A stretch of 64,000 bases of DNA from Eledone cirrhosa (taxonomy: Eukaryota): contig OZ024743.1 of assembly GCA_964016885.1 (NCBI GenBank), positions 311,550,001 to 311,614,000 of the forward strand. The letters are read 5' to 3'. Positions 15,001 to 28,592 of the stretch are shown here, one piece after another. A model generated the notes under the pieces. That model searched no databases, was not told the origin of the DNA, and saw only the letters and a list, made by a program, of their open reading frames with translations. How positions within the stretch are numbered: position 1 is the first letter of the stretch; each line of letters opens with the position of its first letter. The position numbers and the translations under genes are program-made.

Positions 15001-18000
15001 CTCTCTGTCTGTATGTTCGGCTTCTTGGCTGGATGGATGGTTGGCTGTTTATCTGTCTGTCTGTATGTTCGGCTTCTTGGCTGGCTGGATGGTTGGCTGT
15101 TTATCTCTGTCTGTATGTTCCGCTTCTTGGCTGGCTGGATGGTTGGCTGTTTATCTCTCTGTCTGTATGCCCGGCTTCTTGGCTGGCTGGATGGTGGGCT
15201 GTTTATCTCTCTGTCTGTATGTTCCGCTTCTTGGCTGGCTGGATGGTTGGCTGTTTATCTCTCTGTCTGTATGCCCGGCTTCTTGGCTGGCTGGATGGTG
15301 GGCTGTTTATCTCTCTGTCTGTATGTTCCGCTTCTTGGCTGGCTGGATGGTTGGCTGTTTATCTCTCTGTCTGTATGCCCGGCTTCTTGGCTGGCTGGAT
15401 GGTTGGCTGTTTATCTCTCTGTCTGTATGTTCAGCTTCTTGGCTGGCTGGATGGTTGGCTGTTTATCTCTCTGTCTGTATGTTCAGCTTCTTGGCTGGAT
15501 GGATGGTTGGCTGTTTATCTCTCTGTCTGTATGTCGGCTTCTTGGCTGGATGGATAGTTGGCTGTTTATCTCTCTGTCTGTATGCCCGGCTTCTCGGCTC
15601 GATGGATGGTTGGCTGTTTGTCTCCCTGTCTGTATGTCGGCTTCTTGGCTGGCTGGATGGTTGGCTGTTTATCTCTCTGTCTGTATGCCCGTCTTCTTGG
15701 CTGGATGGATGGTTGGCTGTTTATCTCTCTGTCTGTATGTCGGCTTCTTGGCTGGATGGATGGTTGGCTGTTTATCTCTCTGTCTGTATGCCCGGTTTAT
15801 TGGCTGGATGGATGGTTTGCTGTTTATCTCTCTGTCTGTATGCCCGGCTTCTTGGCTGGCTGGATGGTGGGCTGTTTATCTCTCTGTCTGTATGCCCGGC
15901 TTCTTGGCTGGCTGGATGGTTGGCTGTTTATCTCTCTGTCTGTATGCCCGGCTTCTTGGCTGGCTGGATGGTGGGCTGTTTATCTCTCTGTCTGTATGCC
16001 CGGCTTCTTGGCTGGATGGATGGTTGGCTGATTATCTCTCTGTCTGTATGCCCGGCTTCTTGGCTGGCTGGATGGTTGGCTGTTTATCTCTCTGTCTGTA
16101 TGTTCGGCTTCTTGGCTGGCTGGATGGTTGGCTGTTTATCTCTCTGTCTGTATGCCCGGCTTCTTGGCTGGCTGGATGGTGGGCTGTTTATCTCTCTGTC
16201 TGTATGCCCGGCTTCTTGGCTGGCTGGATGGTGGGCTGTTTATCTCTCTGTCTGTATGCCCGGCTTCTTGGCTGGCTGGATGGTGGGCTGTTTATCTCTC
16301 TGTCTGTATGCCCGGCTTCTCGGCTGGATGGATGGTTGGCTGTTTATCTCTCTGTCTGTATGATCGGCTTCTTGGCTGGCTGGATGGTTGGCTGTTTATC
16401 TCTCTGTCTGTATGTTCGGCTTCTTGGCTGGCTGGATGGTTGGCTGTTTATCTCTCTGTCTGTATGCCCGGCTTCTTGGCTGGCTGGATGGTGGGCTGTT
16501 TATCTCTCTGTCTGTATGTTCGGCTTCTTGGCTGGCTGGATGGTTGGCTGTTTATCTCTCTGTCTGTATGCCCGGCTTCTTGGCTGGCTGGATGGTGGGC
16601 TGTTTATCTCTCTGTCTGTATGATCGGCTTCTTGGCTGGCTGGATGGTTGGCTGTTTATCTCTCTGTCTGTATGTTCGGCTTCTTGGCTGGCTGGATGGT
16701 TGGCTGTTTATCTCTCTGTCTGTATGATCGGCTTCTTGGCTGGCTGGATGGTTGGCTGTTTATCTCTCTGTCTGTATGTTCGGCTTCTTGGCTGGCTGGA
16801 TGGTTGGCTGTTTATCTCTCTGTCTGTATGCCCGGCTTCTTGGCTGGCTGGATGGTTGGCTGTTTATCTCTCTGTCTGTATGATCGGCTTCTTGGCTGGC
16901 TGGATGGTTGGCTGTTTATCTCTCTGTCTGTATGTTCGGCTTCTTGGCTGGCTGGATGGTTGGCTGTTTATCTCTCTGTCTGTATGCCCGGCTTCTTGGC
17001 TGGCTGGATGGTGGGCTGTTTATCTCTCTGTCTGTATGTTCGGCTTCTTGGCTGGCTGGATGGTTGGCTGTTTATCTCTCTGTCTGTATGTTCCGCTTCT
17101 CGGCTGGCTGGATGGTTGGCTGTTTATCTCTCTGTCTGTATGCCCGGCTTCTTGGCTGGCTGGATGGTGGGCTGTTTATCTCTCTGTCTGTATGATCGGC
17201 TTCTTGGCTGGCTGGATGGTTGGCTGTTTATCTCTCTGTCTGTATGTTCGGCTTCTTGGCTGGCTGGATGGTTGGCTGTTTATCTCTCTGTCTGTATGAT
17301 CGGCTTCTTGGCTGGCTGGATGGTTGGCTGTTTATCTCTCTGTCTGTATGTTCGGCTTCTTGGCTGGCTGGATGGTTGGCTGTTTATCTCTCTGTCTGTA
17401 TGCCCGGCTTCTTGGCTGGCTGGATGGTTGGCTGTTTATCTCTCTGTCTGTATGCCCGGCTTCTTGGCTGGATGGATGGTGGGCTGTTTATCTCTCTGTC
17501 TGTATGTTCGGCTTCTTGGCTGGCTGGATGGTGGGCTGTTTATCTCTCTGTCTGTATGCCCGGCTTCTTGGCTGGCTGGATGGTGGGCTGTTTATCTCTC
17601 TGTCTGTATGCCCGGCTTCTTGGCTGGCTGGATGGTGGGCTGTTTATCTCTCTGTCTGTATGATCGGCTTCTTGGCTGGCTGGATGGTTGGCTGTTTATC
17701 TCTCTGTCTGTATGCCCGGCTTCTCGGCTGGATGGATGGTTGGCTGTTTATCTCTCTGTCTGTATGCCCGGCTTCTTGGCTGGCTGGATGGTGGGCTGTT
17801 TATCTCTCTGTCTGTATGCCCGGCTTCTTGGCTGGCTGGATGGTGGGCTGTTTATCTCTCTGTCTGTATGATCGGCTTCTTGGCTGGCTGGATGGTTGGC
17901 TGTTTATCTCTCTGTCTGTATGTTCGGCTTCTTGGCTGGCTGGATGGTGGGCTGTTTATCTCTCTGTCTGTATGCCCGGCTTCTTGGCTGGCTGGATGGT

Positions 18001-18620
18001 GGGCTGTTTATCTCTCTGTCTGTATGCCCGGCTTCTTGGCTGGATGGATGGTGGGCTGTTTATCTCTCTGTCTGTATGTTCGGCTTCTTGGCTGGCTGGA
18101 TGGTGGGCTGTTTATCTCTCTGTCTGTATGCCCGGCTTCTTGGCTGGCTGGATGGTGGGCTGTTTATCTCTCTGTCTGTATGCCCGGCTTCTTGGCTGGA
18201 TGGATGGTGGGCTGTTTATCTCTCTGTCTGTATGTTCGGCTTCTTGGCTGGCTGGATGGTGGGCTGTTTATCTCTCTGTCTGTATGCCCGGCTTCTTGGC
18301 TGGCTGGATGGTGGGCTGTTTATCTCTCTGTCTGTATGCCCGGCTTCTTGGCTGGCTGGATGGTGGGCTGTTTATCTCTCTGTCTGTATGCCCGGCTTCT
18401 TGGCTGGATGGATGGTGGGCTGTTTATCTCTCTGTCTGTATGATCGGCTTCTTGGCTGGCTGGATGGTTGGCTGTTTATCTCTCTGTCTGTATGCCCGGC
18501 TTCTCGGCTGGATGGATGGTTGGCTGTTTATCTCTCTGTCTGTATGCCCGGCTTCTCGGCTGGATGGATGGTTGGCTGTTTATCTCTCTGTCTGTATGTT
18601 CGGCTTCTTGGCTGGCTGGA

Positions 18621-18655
<35 letters not shown>

Positions 18656-20516
18656 TTGGCTGGCTGGCTGTATGTTCGGCTGGATGGTTGGCTGGTTGGT
18701 TGGTTGTTTAGCTCTCTGTCTGTATGTTCGGCTTATTGGCTGGATGGATGGTTGGCTGTTTATCTCTCTGTCTGTATGTTCGGCTTCTTGGCTGGCTGGA
18801 TGGTTGGCTGTTTATCTCTCTGTCTGTATGCCCGGCTTCTTGGCGTGATGGATGGTTGGCTGTTTATCTCTCTGTCTGTATGCCCGGCTTCTTGGCGTGA
18901 TGGATGGTTGGCTGTTTATCTCTCTGTCTGTATGCCCGGCTTCTTGACGTGATGGATGGTTGGCTGTTTATCTCTCTGGCTGTATGCCCGGCTTCTTGAC
19001 GTGATGGATGGTTGGCTGTTTATCTCTCTGGCTGTATGCCCGGCTTCTTGGCTGGATGGATGGTTGGCTGTTTATCTCTCTGTCTGTATGCCCGGCTTCT
19101 CGGCTGGATGGATGGTTGGCTGTTTATCTCTCTGTCTGTATGCCCGGCTTCTTGGCTGGCTGGATGGTTGGCTGTTTATCTCCCTGTCTGTATGCCCGGC
19201 TTCTTGACGTGATGGATGGTTGGCTGTTTATCTCTCTGGCTGTATGCCCGGCTTCTTGGCTGGATGGATGGTTGGCTGTTTATCTCTCTGTCTGTATGCC
19301 CGGCTTCTTGGCTGGATGGATGGTTGGCTGTTTATCTCTCTGGCTGTATGCCCGGCTTCTTGGCTGGATGGATGGTTGGCTGTTTATCTCTCTGTCTGTA
19401 TGCCCGGCTTCTCGGCTGGATGGATGGTTGGCTGTTTATCTCTCTGTCTGTATGCCCGGCTTCTTGGCTGGCTGGATGGTTGGCTGTTTATCTCTCTGTC
19501 TGTATGCCCGGTTTATTGGCTGGATGGATGGTTGGCTGTTTATCTCTCTGTCTGTATGCCCGGCTTCTCGGCTGGATGGATGGTTGGCTGTTTATCTCCC
19601 TGTCTGTATGCCCGGCTTCTTGACGTGATGGATGGTTGGCTGTTTATCTCTCTGGCTGTATGCCCGGCTTCTTGGCTGGATGGATGGTTGGCTGTTTATC
19701 TCTCTGTCTGTATGCTATGCTTCTTGGCTGGATGGATGGTTGGCTGTTTATCTGTTTGTCTATATGCCCGGCTTCTCGGCTGGATGGATGGTTGGCTGTT
19801 TATATGTCTGTCTGTATGCCCGGCTTCTCGGCTGGATGGATGGTTGGCTGTTTATCTCTCTGTCTGTATGCTATGCTTCTTGGCTGGATGGTTGGTTGGC
19901 TGTTTATCTCTCTGGCTGTATGCCCGGCTTCTTGGCTGGATGGATGGTTGGCTGTTTATCTCTCTGTCTGTATGCTATGCTTCTTGGCTGGATGGATGGT
20001 TGGCTGTTTATCTGTTTGTCTATATGCCCGGCTTCTCGGCTGGATGGATGGTTGGCTGTTTATATGTCTGTCTGTATGCCCGGCTTCTTGGCTGGATGGA
20101 TGGTGGGCTGTTTATCTCTCTGTCTGTATGTTCGGCTTCTTGGCTGGCTGGATGGTGGGCTGTTTATCTCTCTGTCTGTATGCCCGGCTTCTTGGCTGGC
20201 TGGATGGTGGGCTGTTTATCTCTCTGTCTGTATGCCCGGCTTCTTGGCTGGCTGGATGGTGGGCTGTTTATCTCTCTGTCTGTATGCCCGGCTTCTTGGC
20301 TGGATGGATGGTGGGCTGTTTATCTCTCTGTCTGTATGATCGGCTTCTTGGCTGGCTGGATGGTTGGCTGTTTATCTCTCTGTCTGTATGCCCGGCTTCT
20401 CGGCTGGATGGATGGTTGGCTGTTTATCTCTCTGTCTGTATGCCCGGCTTCTCGGCTGGATGGATGGTTGGCTGTTTATCTCTCTGTCTGTATGTTCGGC
20501 TTCTTGGCTGGCTGGA

Positions 20517-20551
<35 letters not shown>

Positions 20552-22200
20552 TTGGCTGGCTGGCTGTATGTTCGGCTGGATGGTTGGCTGGTTGGTTGGT
20601 TGTTTAGCTCTCTGTCTGTATGTTCGGCTTATTGGCTGGATGGATGGTTGGCTGTTTATCTCTCTGTCTGTATGTTCGGCTTCTTGGCTGGCTGGATGGT
20701 TGGCTGTTTATCTCTCTGTCTGTATGCCCGGCTTCTTGGCGTGATGGATGGTTGGCTGTTTATCTCTCTGTCTGTATGCCCGGCTTCTTGGCGTGATGGA
20801 TGGTTGGCTGTTTATCTCTCTGTCTGTATGCCCGGCTTCTTGACGTGATGGATGGTTGGCTGTTTATCTCTCTGGCTGTATGCCCGGCTTCTTGACGTGA
20901 TGGATGGTTGGCTGTTTATCTCTCTGGCTGTATGCCCGGCTTCTTGGCTGGATGGATGGTTGGCTGTTTATCTCTCTGTCTGTATGCCCGGCTTCTCGGC
21001 TGGATGGATGGTTGGCTGTTTATCTCTCTGTCTGTATGCCCGGCTTCTTGGCTGGCTGGATGGTTGGCTGTTTATCTCCCTGTCTGTATGCCCGGCTTCT
21101 TGACGTGATGGATGGTTGGCTGTTTATCTCTCTGGCTGTATGCCCGGCTTCTTGGCTGGATGGATGGTTGGCTGTTTATCTCTCTGTCTGTATGCCCGGC
21201 TTCTTGGCTGGATGGATGGTTGGCTGTTTATCTCTCTGGCTGTATGCCCGGCTTCTTGGCTGGATGGATGGTTGGCTGTTTATCTCTCTGTCTGTATGCC
21301 CGGCTTCTCGGCTGGATGGATGGTTGGCTGTTTATCTCTCTGTCTGTATGCCCGGCTTCTTGGCTGGCTGGATGGTTGGCTGTTTATCTCTCTGTCTGTA
21401 TGCCCGGTTTATTGGCTGGATGGATGGTTGGCTGTTTATCTCTCTGTCTGTATGCCCGGCTTCTCGGCTGGATGGATGGTTGGCTGTTTATCTCCCTGTC
21501 TGTATGCCCGGCTTCTTGACGTGATGGATGGTTGGCTGTTTATCTCTCTGGCTGTATGCCCGGCTTCTTGGCTGGATGGATGGTTGGCTGTTTATCTCTC
21601 TGTCTGTATGCTATGCTTCTTGGCTGGATGGATGGTTGGCTGTTTATCTGTTTGTCTATATGCCCGGCTTCTCGGCTGGATGGATGGTTGGCTGTTTATA
21701 TGTCTGTCTGTATGCCCGGCTTCTCGGCTGGATGGATGGTTGGCTGTTTATCTCTCTGTCTGTATGCTATGCTTCTTGGCTGGATGGTTGGTTGGCTGTT
21801 TATCTCTCTGGCTGTATGCCCGGCTTCTTGGCTGGATGGATGGTTGGCTGTTTATCTCTCTGTCTGTATGCTATGCTTCTTGGCTGGATGGATGGTTGGC
21901 TGTTTATCTGTTTGTCTATATGCCCGGCTTCTCGGCTGGATGGATGGTTGGCTGTTTATATGTCTGTCTGTATGCCCGGCTTCTCGGCTGGATGGATGGT
22001 TGGCTGTTTATCTCTCTGTCTGTATGCTATGCTTCTTGGCTGGATGGATGGTTGGCTGATTATCTCTCTGTCTGTATGCCCAGCTTCTTGACTGGATGGA
22101 TGGTTGGCTGATTATCTCTCTGTCTGTATGCCCGGCTTCTCGGCTGGATGGATGGTTGGCTGTTTATCTCTCTGTCTGTATGTTCGGCTTCTTGGCTGGC
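3053..22200. repeat. ~19 kb satellite array, 52-bp monomer with 48- and 56-bp variants
   Basis: Consensus ctgtttatctctctgtctgtatgcccggcttcttggctggatggatggttgg (52 nt) repeated head-to-tail roughly 360-370 times (length/52); built from GGCT/GGAT/GGTT/CTGT tetramers. Confidence 0.98.
18170..21984. repeat. 1,896-bp tandem duplication within the satellite
   Basis: Identical ORF translations recur at offset 1896 (18468/20364, 18956/20852, 19220/21116); the (GGCT)n interruption at ~18620 recurs at ~20516. Confidence 0.92.
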
Positions 22201-22680
22201 TAGTGGGTAGGCTGGCTGGAAGGCTAGGTGGCTGGGCGGCTGGGTGGCTGGGTTATTGGAAGGAAGGATGGCTGATCGGTTTGCTTACAGGCTGGCTGGT
22301 ATGCCCTAGACAGGAATAGAAAGAAATATTTGAGGCAGCTAGACAGGAAACTTCACTGCTGGCAAACGCGGAGGTCACTTCATTCAGCGTGATTTATTCA
22401 CAGATCAGTGAAGTATGATGATGGTGTTAGTGGTAGTGGTAGCTGTGGCATTCGTGGTGGTGGTAGGGGAAATGTTCCTGGTGCAGGTGGTAGTGGTGGT
22501 CGTGGTCGTGGTGTTGCTGGTAGTGGGCATGGTGTTTTGGTTGTTGCTATTATTGTTGTTGTTTGTGTTTTTGCTGTTCTACAGATGGTCACATACTTTT
22601 AACGTCAAAATGTTGATACACCGTTCCAATTATTAATCACCTGTTTCTTTGAAACCATACACATGGTTATATTATTACAC

Positions 22681-22860
22681 TGGCAGTATCGGTAGAGGGG
22701 CGGGCGTCATGCTTTGACGCATAGAGTTACGGCCCATTCCATTCTGAGTTCAAATCCCGCCGAGGTCAACTTGCCTTTCATCCTTACGGGGTCGATAAAA
22801 TAAAGTACCAGTAATGTACTGAGTAATTTGCTGGCCTTGTGCCAAAAGTAAACAATTATT
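22681..22860 (+). mobile_element. tRNA-derived SINE (MetaSINE-like core)
   Basis: A-box tggcagtatcgg, B-box gagttcaaatcc, core gcctttcatccttacggggtcgataaaataaagtaccag, tail aacaattatt; near-perfect 10-bp TSD attattacac/attatttcac. Confidence 0.88.
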
Positions 22861-23112
22861 TCACATACATACACACACACACACACGCGCGCGCATACAC
22901 ACAAACACACACACACACACATACACAACAGAAACACAAACCCTCCACCTCAATTTTACTTTGGAAAAGCATAAGAACTGTGAAGTCGGTAAAGTTAATA
23001 AATAAATATTTTTAAAAGACTCCAGTTGCATTTTCGATTTCTTTTCCCTTATACTTTCACCCGTGTAGGATATCTCGTTCTTTTTTTTCTTTTTCATAAA
23101 AAAAACTAATTT

Positions 23113-23190
<78 letters not shown>

Positions 23191-23749
23191 AATCAACAGA
23201 GAACAAAACTCAGAGAAGCAGTACAAATGATATGGTTTTTAGTTTCACGCTTGAGAGTGATGGGAGGGGGGACCTTTTGGGCATAAGCCCTTCATCAGGA
23301 GAACAGTGGGTAGGAAGAGAGTTCCGAGGGTGTGTGGGGGAGTGGTGGAAAGACATATATTTGTCCCCTACATGTCGGCCTTGTGGCTAATAAATGAAAT
23401 CATTATTATTATTATTACTTTCAAAGTAAAGGATGTCATGAATGATACAAAATCAAACATATGTCTTGTCTCTAAAAACAGGTCATATATGTGTGTGTGT
23501 GGCGGGTAAAATGTTCGAGATTATCCCGCCGAGGTTAACTTTGTCTTTCATCCTTACGGGGTCGATAGAATAAAGTACTAGTAATACACTGGGATCATTG
23601 CTGGCCTTGTGCCAAAAGTAGAAACAATTATATATATACAAACAGTCCTATATGAGCAAGACACGCTCACCCGATCCAACTTGCTTCTAATGGAACAAAC
23701 CCGTCTAACCCATGCTAACGTGGAAAATAGACGTTAAACGATGATGATG

Positions 23750-23832
<83 letters not shown>

Positions 23833-23868
23833 TACACAATAATCAAAACTATGTTCAAAACATTTTAT

Positions 23869-23915
23869 TGCTGACAATCGTTTCTTCCAAACTTTCGTTT
23901 GGAACTATCGGAGCA
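23869..23915 (-). ncRNA. Degenerate type I hammerhead ribozyme motif
   Basis: Minus strand: tgct-ccgatag-ttccaaac gaaa gtttggaa-gaaa-cgattg-tc-agca, followed by aataaa. Helices I-III are present, but the core is CCGAUAG rather than CUGANGA. Confidence 0.55.
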
Positions 23916-24350
23916 CCAGCAAAGTTTGGACATATAATTAACTTCCTATTCAACTGAACAATCATAGAGATACATGGATATTAATGTTGTCATCAACAGT
24001 TTCATATTTACAGAGTGGAATGGATGTGACAGAGATTACAAGAGAATTGTATAATAATTAAAGAGGCACAGGGTGGAATGCATGTCACAGAGATTACATA
24101 ATAATTAAAGAGGCATAAAGGGAGAAAGTTACTCGTAAAACGACGACACTAGCAGTACATATGCAAGGGTATAGAGAGTGCAAATGCGTTAGAAATATAC
24201 AGGACAGCTAGGTAGGAAACAAACAATGGCACTAGGCATATATAATTACTGTATGGTAAAGGTATCACAAAATAACACAGGTTTACAAGCATATCAAGCA
24301 GACTTGCTAATCTACCGATACTGCCAATCTACCTCCCTTATATAACATGT

Positions 24351-24535
24351 AATAATTGTTTCTACTTTTGGCACAAGGCCAGCAATTATACCAGTATATT
24401 ACTGGTACTTTATTTTATCGACCTCGTAAGGATGAAAGGCAAAGTTAACCTCGGCGGGATTTGAACTCAGACCGTAAAGAGACATAACTCTATGCTGGAA
24501 AGCATGGCGTCCGACCCTGCGCCAATACTGCCAAT
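24351..24535 (-). mobile_element. tRNA-derived SINE, same family as 22681
   Basis: Reverse complement of the A-box/B-box/core/tail consensus. Confidence 0.88.
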
Positions 24536-24631
24536 AATGAAGAAAGTTGAGCTAACGGCAATGCCCCTATGTGATCACTTGACTTGCTAGAATTAATAGC
24601 TAAATCATATTTATTTTACATTCAACAATCT

Positions 24632-24774
24632 TTAGGCGCAGGTATGTTCATGTGTTAAGGATTCTGGTTCTGACCCACTGAGTGATACCTTGTGAAAGTA
24701 TCTTCTATTATAGATTTGTGTTAACCAACGCCTTGGGAATGGAATTTGGTTGATAGAAACTGTAGAAAACTCGC

Positions 24775-24839
<65 letters not shown>

Positions 24840-25195
24840 TGAGAGTGAGTTTGTGTGGGTGTATGTGCTTGTGGTTGCGTGTGAGTGCGTGTGTGTGTGC
24901 GTGCTACTGCGTGTGAGTGTGTGTATGCCTGTGTATGAGTCTGTGTAAATGTGTGACTGTGTGTGTGCTTGTGTATGTGTTTGTGTATGTGTTTGTGTAG
25001 GTGTGTGTATGTGTATGATAGTGACTGTGTTTGATTATGTCCCATAACTTAGTGATCCGTCAAAAAGTGATCGATAACATAAGTAAAATACTTGAAAACA
25101 AAAGTACGAGGATCGATACGCTCACCTAAATCATTTGAAGATGGTGCCGTAGCATGGCCGCAGTCTAATGACTGAAACCACCGAAAGAATAAAGA
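24632..25195 (+). mobile_element. Second SINE family with an internal (TG)n tract, decayed
   Basis: tRNA-like head, tcttctattatag segment, long TG-rich middle, 3' end agcatggccgcagtctaatgactgaaac; related pieces at ~28385 and ~44880. Confidence 0.55.
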
Positions 25196-25394
25196 AAACC
25201 TTTGATATGGGTTTCTAGATAAATGGTTTTAAAATAAGACAAGATGGTTACGGCTGGAATGCTTTTGATCATTTGTGTGCTCGCTCATGCCTGACCTAAG
25301 GCAAAACAACAAGCAGCCATAAAATCATTCGTTTTTGTTTTTTTTTTTAAGTTGTATACAGTTTAGCTTAGAATATTTCATATTTTAAGAATGA

Positions 25395-26012
25395 ATTTAC
25401 GTTCTGAGTTCAAATTCCGCTGAGGCTAACTTTGCCTTTCATTCTTTCATTCAAATAAAGTGCCAATAATGCAGCGTGGTCAATTTAATCGACTTCCCCT
25501 TTCCCTTGAAATTGCTGGCCTTGTTCCCAAAGTAGAAACTATTATCAGGATCGTTTGACAACATCATTTGCGTCATATAATTACGGTCCTTTACGATCTG
25601 AGTTCAAATCCCGCCGAGTTTATCTATGCCTTTCAACCTTACGGGGTCGATAAAATAAGGTTCTAGTAACGAACTGGGGTCGATGTAATCGACTTTCCCC
25701 TCCAAGATTGTTGGCCAGATGCCTAAATCAGAAATCATTATATGATTGAATTTACGTTCTGAGTTCAAATCCCACAGAGGTCAGCTTTGCTTTTCATTCT
25801 TACGGGGTCGATAAACTAAAGTACCAGTAACCCACTCAGGTAGATTTAATCGACTTTCCCAGCCCCCAAAATTGGTGGCCTTGTGCCTATATAAGAAACC
25901 ATTCTTACGGGGTCGATAAAATAAAGTACCAGTAATACACGGGAAATCGTTGTAATCGAGTTTTCCCTCTCTACTAAATGTTGGCCTTCTGTCTAAATCA
26001 GAAACTATTATT
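25395..26012 (+). mobile_element. Tandem cluster of about 4 SINE copies
   Basis: ctgagttcaaat at ~25404, ~25598 and ~25759; repeated ttacggggtcgataaa cores. Confidence 0.85.
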
Positions 26013-26084
26013 CAATTCAAAACCTTTGAGTATTGATGACGCGAAATATTGATATATATTATGTTTATAAACCTACTTACATAC

Positions 26085-26181
<97 letters not shown>

Positions 26182-26435
26182 CTATTTTGTATATCTAATA
26201 ATATACGGTATGTTTACCAACACTTTAATTATCTACCTACACCTGACTTCTATTTTTTTTATTCTATGCACACACACACACACACATATGTGTGTGTGCG
26301 TGTGTGTGTGTGTGTGTATATATATACACACACATATATACATATATACTAATTATATATATATACTAATATATATACACATATATATATACTAATTATA
26401 TACTAATTATATATATATACTAATTATATATATAC

Positions 26436-26509
<74 letters not shown>

Positions 26510-26525
26510 AATATATATATATATA

Positions 26526-26662
26526 TAGTTAGTTGCAACAGTGACATGTACAGGTACTTAAGTTTTGTTGGGTTATTCACGCCATTTTTAATTATATGAC
26601 AGGCTGGCTGAATAACCCAACGAAACTTAACTACCTGTATATGTCACTGTTATAACTAATTA
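26526..26662. repeat. ~54-bp inverted repeat, probably an inverted PLE 3'-end relic
   Basis: 26526-26579 is the reverse complement of 26609-26662 with a few mismatches; abuts (TA)n; contains an HHR-like 3' half. Confidence 0.8.
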
Positions 26663-26897
26663 TAATTAACTCGTTCTATGGATTGAGTGCTCTAACGCTT
26701 GGATATTTATACTAAATGTGTACTACAGTATATATGTATATATATATATATATGAGAGGCTGTTGGAATATTTAGTGGGTGAGAGGTGGCTCAACACTCC
26801 TCCTCGCCCCGGTCATTCTAATCCTTTTGACCCCAGATACAAACATGCATGCATACGCATATACATACATACATACATACATACATACATACATACA

Positions 26898-26928
<31 letters not shown>

Positions 26929-28487
26929 TTATATAGACACATACACACACATGGAATGGGCCATCTGTTAGTTACAACAGCGAGAGTTCCGTGTCAGTGG
27001 CCGAGCATTTCACAAGCATGTGTACTCTTAATGTAATTCTCATGGATATTCAGTGTGGTGCAGTGTGTGACATAGCTGATCCAGTGAATTACAGGTACAG
27101 TCCACCCTACAGTCTTCCACACAATCTCCATCTACCCGATTTCACACTCAAGGCTTGGGTCGCCCTGAGGTTATGATAAATGACACTTGCCCCAGCTACC
27201 TGTAAATTGAAAAAAATGGTAGCAAACCACCTGAAACCACCCCCAGGTTCTATGATATTAACATGTATATCTTAAAGTGATTATATTTATCTAAAAATCT
27301 TCCATGATAATTTTATGTCAGAACCTATGTATGATCTAAACATCAGCTTAATAATGAGAAATTTAGTTATTATACTAAATCCCTCCAAATTATCTTTTAT
27401 TTTCATAGTCATTTGAAAATCAGTCTCTGGCATTAGATATATAATAATTGTTTCTACTTTTGGCACAAGGCCAGCAATTATCCAGTGTACCACTGGTACT
27501 TTATTTTATCGACCCCGTAAGGATGAAAGGCAAAGTTAACCTCGGCGGGATTAATAATGGAAGGGTTAATGATTTTTGTATTTTAACTCTCAGCCTGTAA
27601 TGATTTGGTAGAAAATATTTTAAAATGGGTTTGTTTATTTAAATATTTATTGTATCTTTACTAGCAGACAGACCATTGCAAAATATTGCAATATTAGAAT
27701 AAGGACTTTAATTTTTAATATTATAGTTTTGTACTTTTCAAGAATATCTTGCTAATACAGTTTATGCGATACAGGACCTTAAGAGTTACTTCAAAATTTA
27801 TTGTATCTTAACTAGTGGACAGATTATAGTAAACATTTTCAGTATTAGAGTTAAGACTTTATTTATTTTTTCATGTGATGCAGTCATAATGTTGTTTTGT
27901 ATTTTTCAAGAACATCTTGTTAATGCTATTTCACGGGGTACAGGATGTATGTTAAAAGCAAAGGGTCTTTGCCTTTTATTATTTTTGTTACATTGTGTAG
28001 GTGGTAAGTCTGTGTGAACCCTGTCATGAGTCCAAGTACATTATTTTGTTTTTGTAGTTTGTGTGAAGAGAACTGTACCTAGATACCGAAGGCAGTGTGA
28101 ATAATAGATATAATGTATTGTTTCTACTTCAATATTAGCAATGCTTTTGTGTGGAATTAACCTGTGGAGTCAAGAGAGTTCAGTTGTTAATTGCTTTATT
28201 GAAATTCACTACAGGGGTCTCAAACGATACCAAGGCTTTACAGAGTATAATGTCGCCGTTAGCCTATCCCAAACTGGATTGTTGTCAATGAAAAAGGGGG
28301 CTTAGAGATGAGCAAGATGTAAAATAAAAGGTTGATTACAACAGAAACGTTAAATTGTTCTGAACAATGCCAAGATACGGACGGAGCTGTGTGTTTAAGT
28401 AGTTCAATGCGCAACCACGTGGTTTTGTGTTCAATCCTACTGGGCGACAGTCTTCTGCTATAGCACGTCGTGCCTGCCTGTATGTGC

Positions 28488-28520
<33 letters not shown>

Positions 28521-28534
28521 CACACACACACACG

Positions 28535-28592
<58 letters not shown>

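Noticed and set aside
3053-22200. CRISPR-like regular repeat array
   Set aside because: No unique spacers, no cas genes, eukaryotic context.
3113-22319. Giant ORFs up to 2209 aa rich in W/L/G/C
   Set aside because: Translations of a 52-bp stop-poor satellite; the same peptide cycles through all three frames.
22681-22760. tRNA genes at SINE heads
   Set aside because: A and B boxes are present but too widely spaced, no cloverleaf is evident, and they run into the SINE core.
23270-23302. Functional hammerhead ctgatga-agggc ttat gccc-aaaa on the minus strand
   Set aside because: GAAA is mutated and helices I and III are absent; counted only as a relic.
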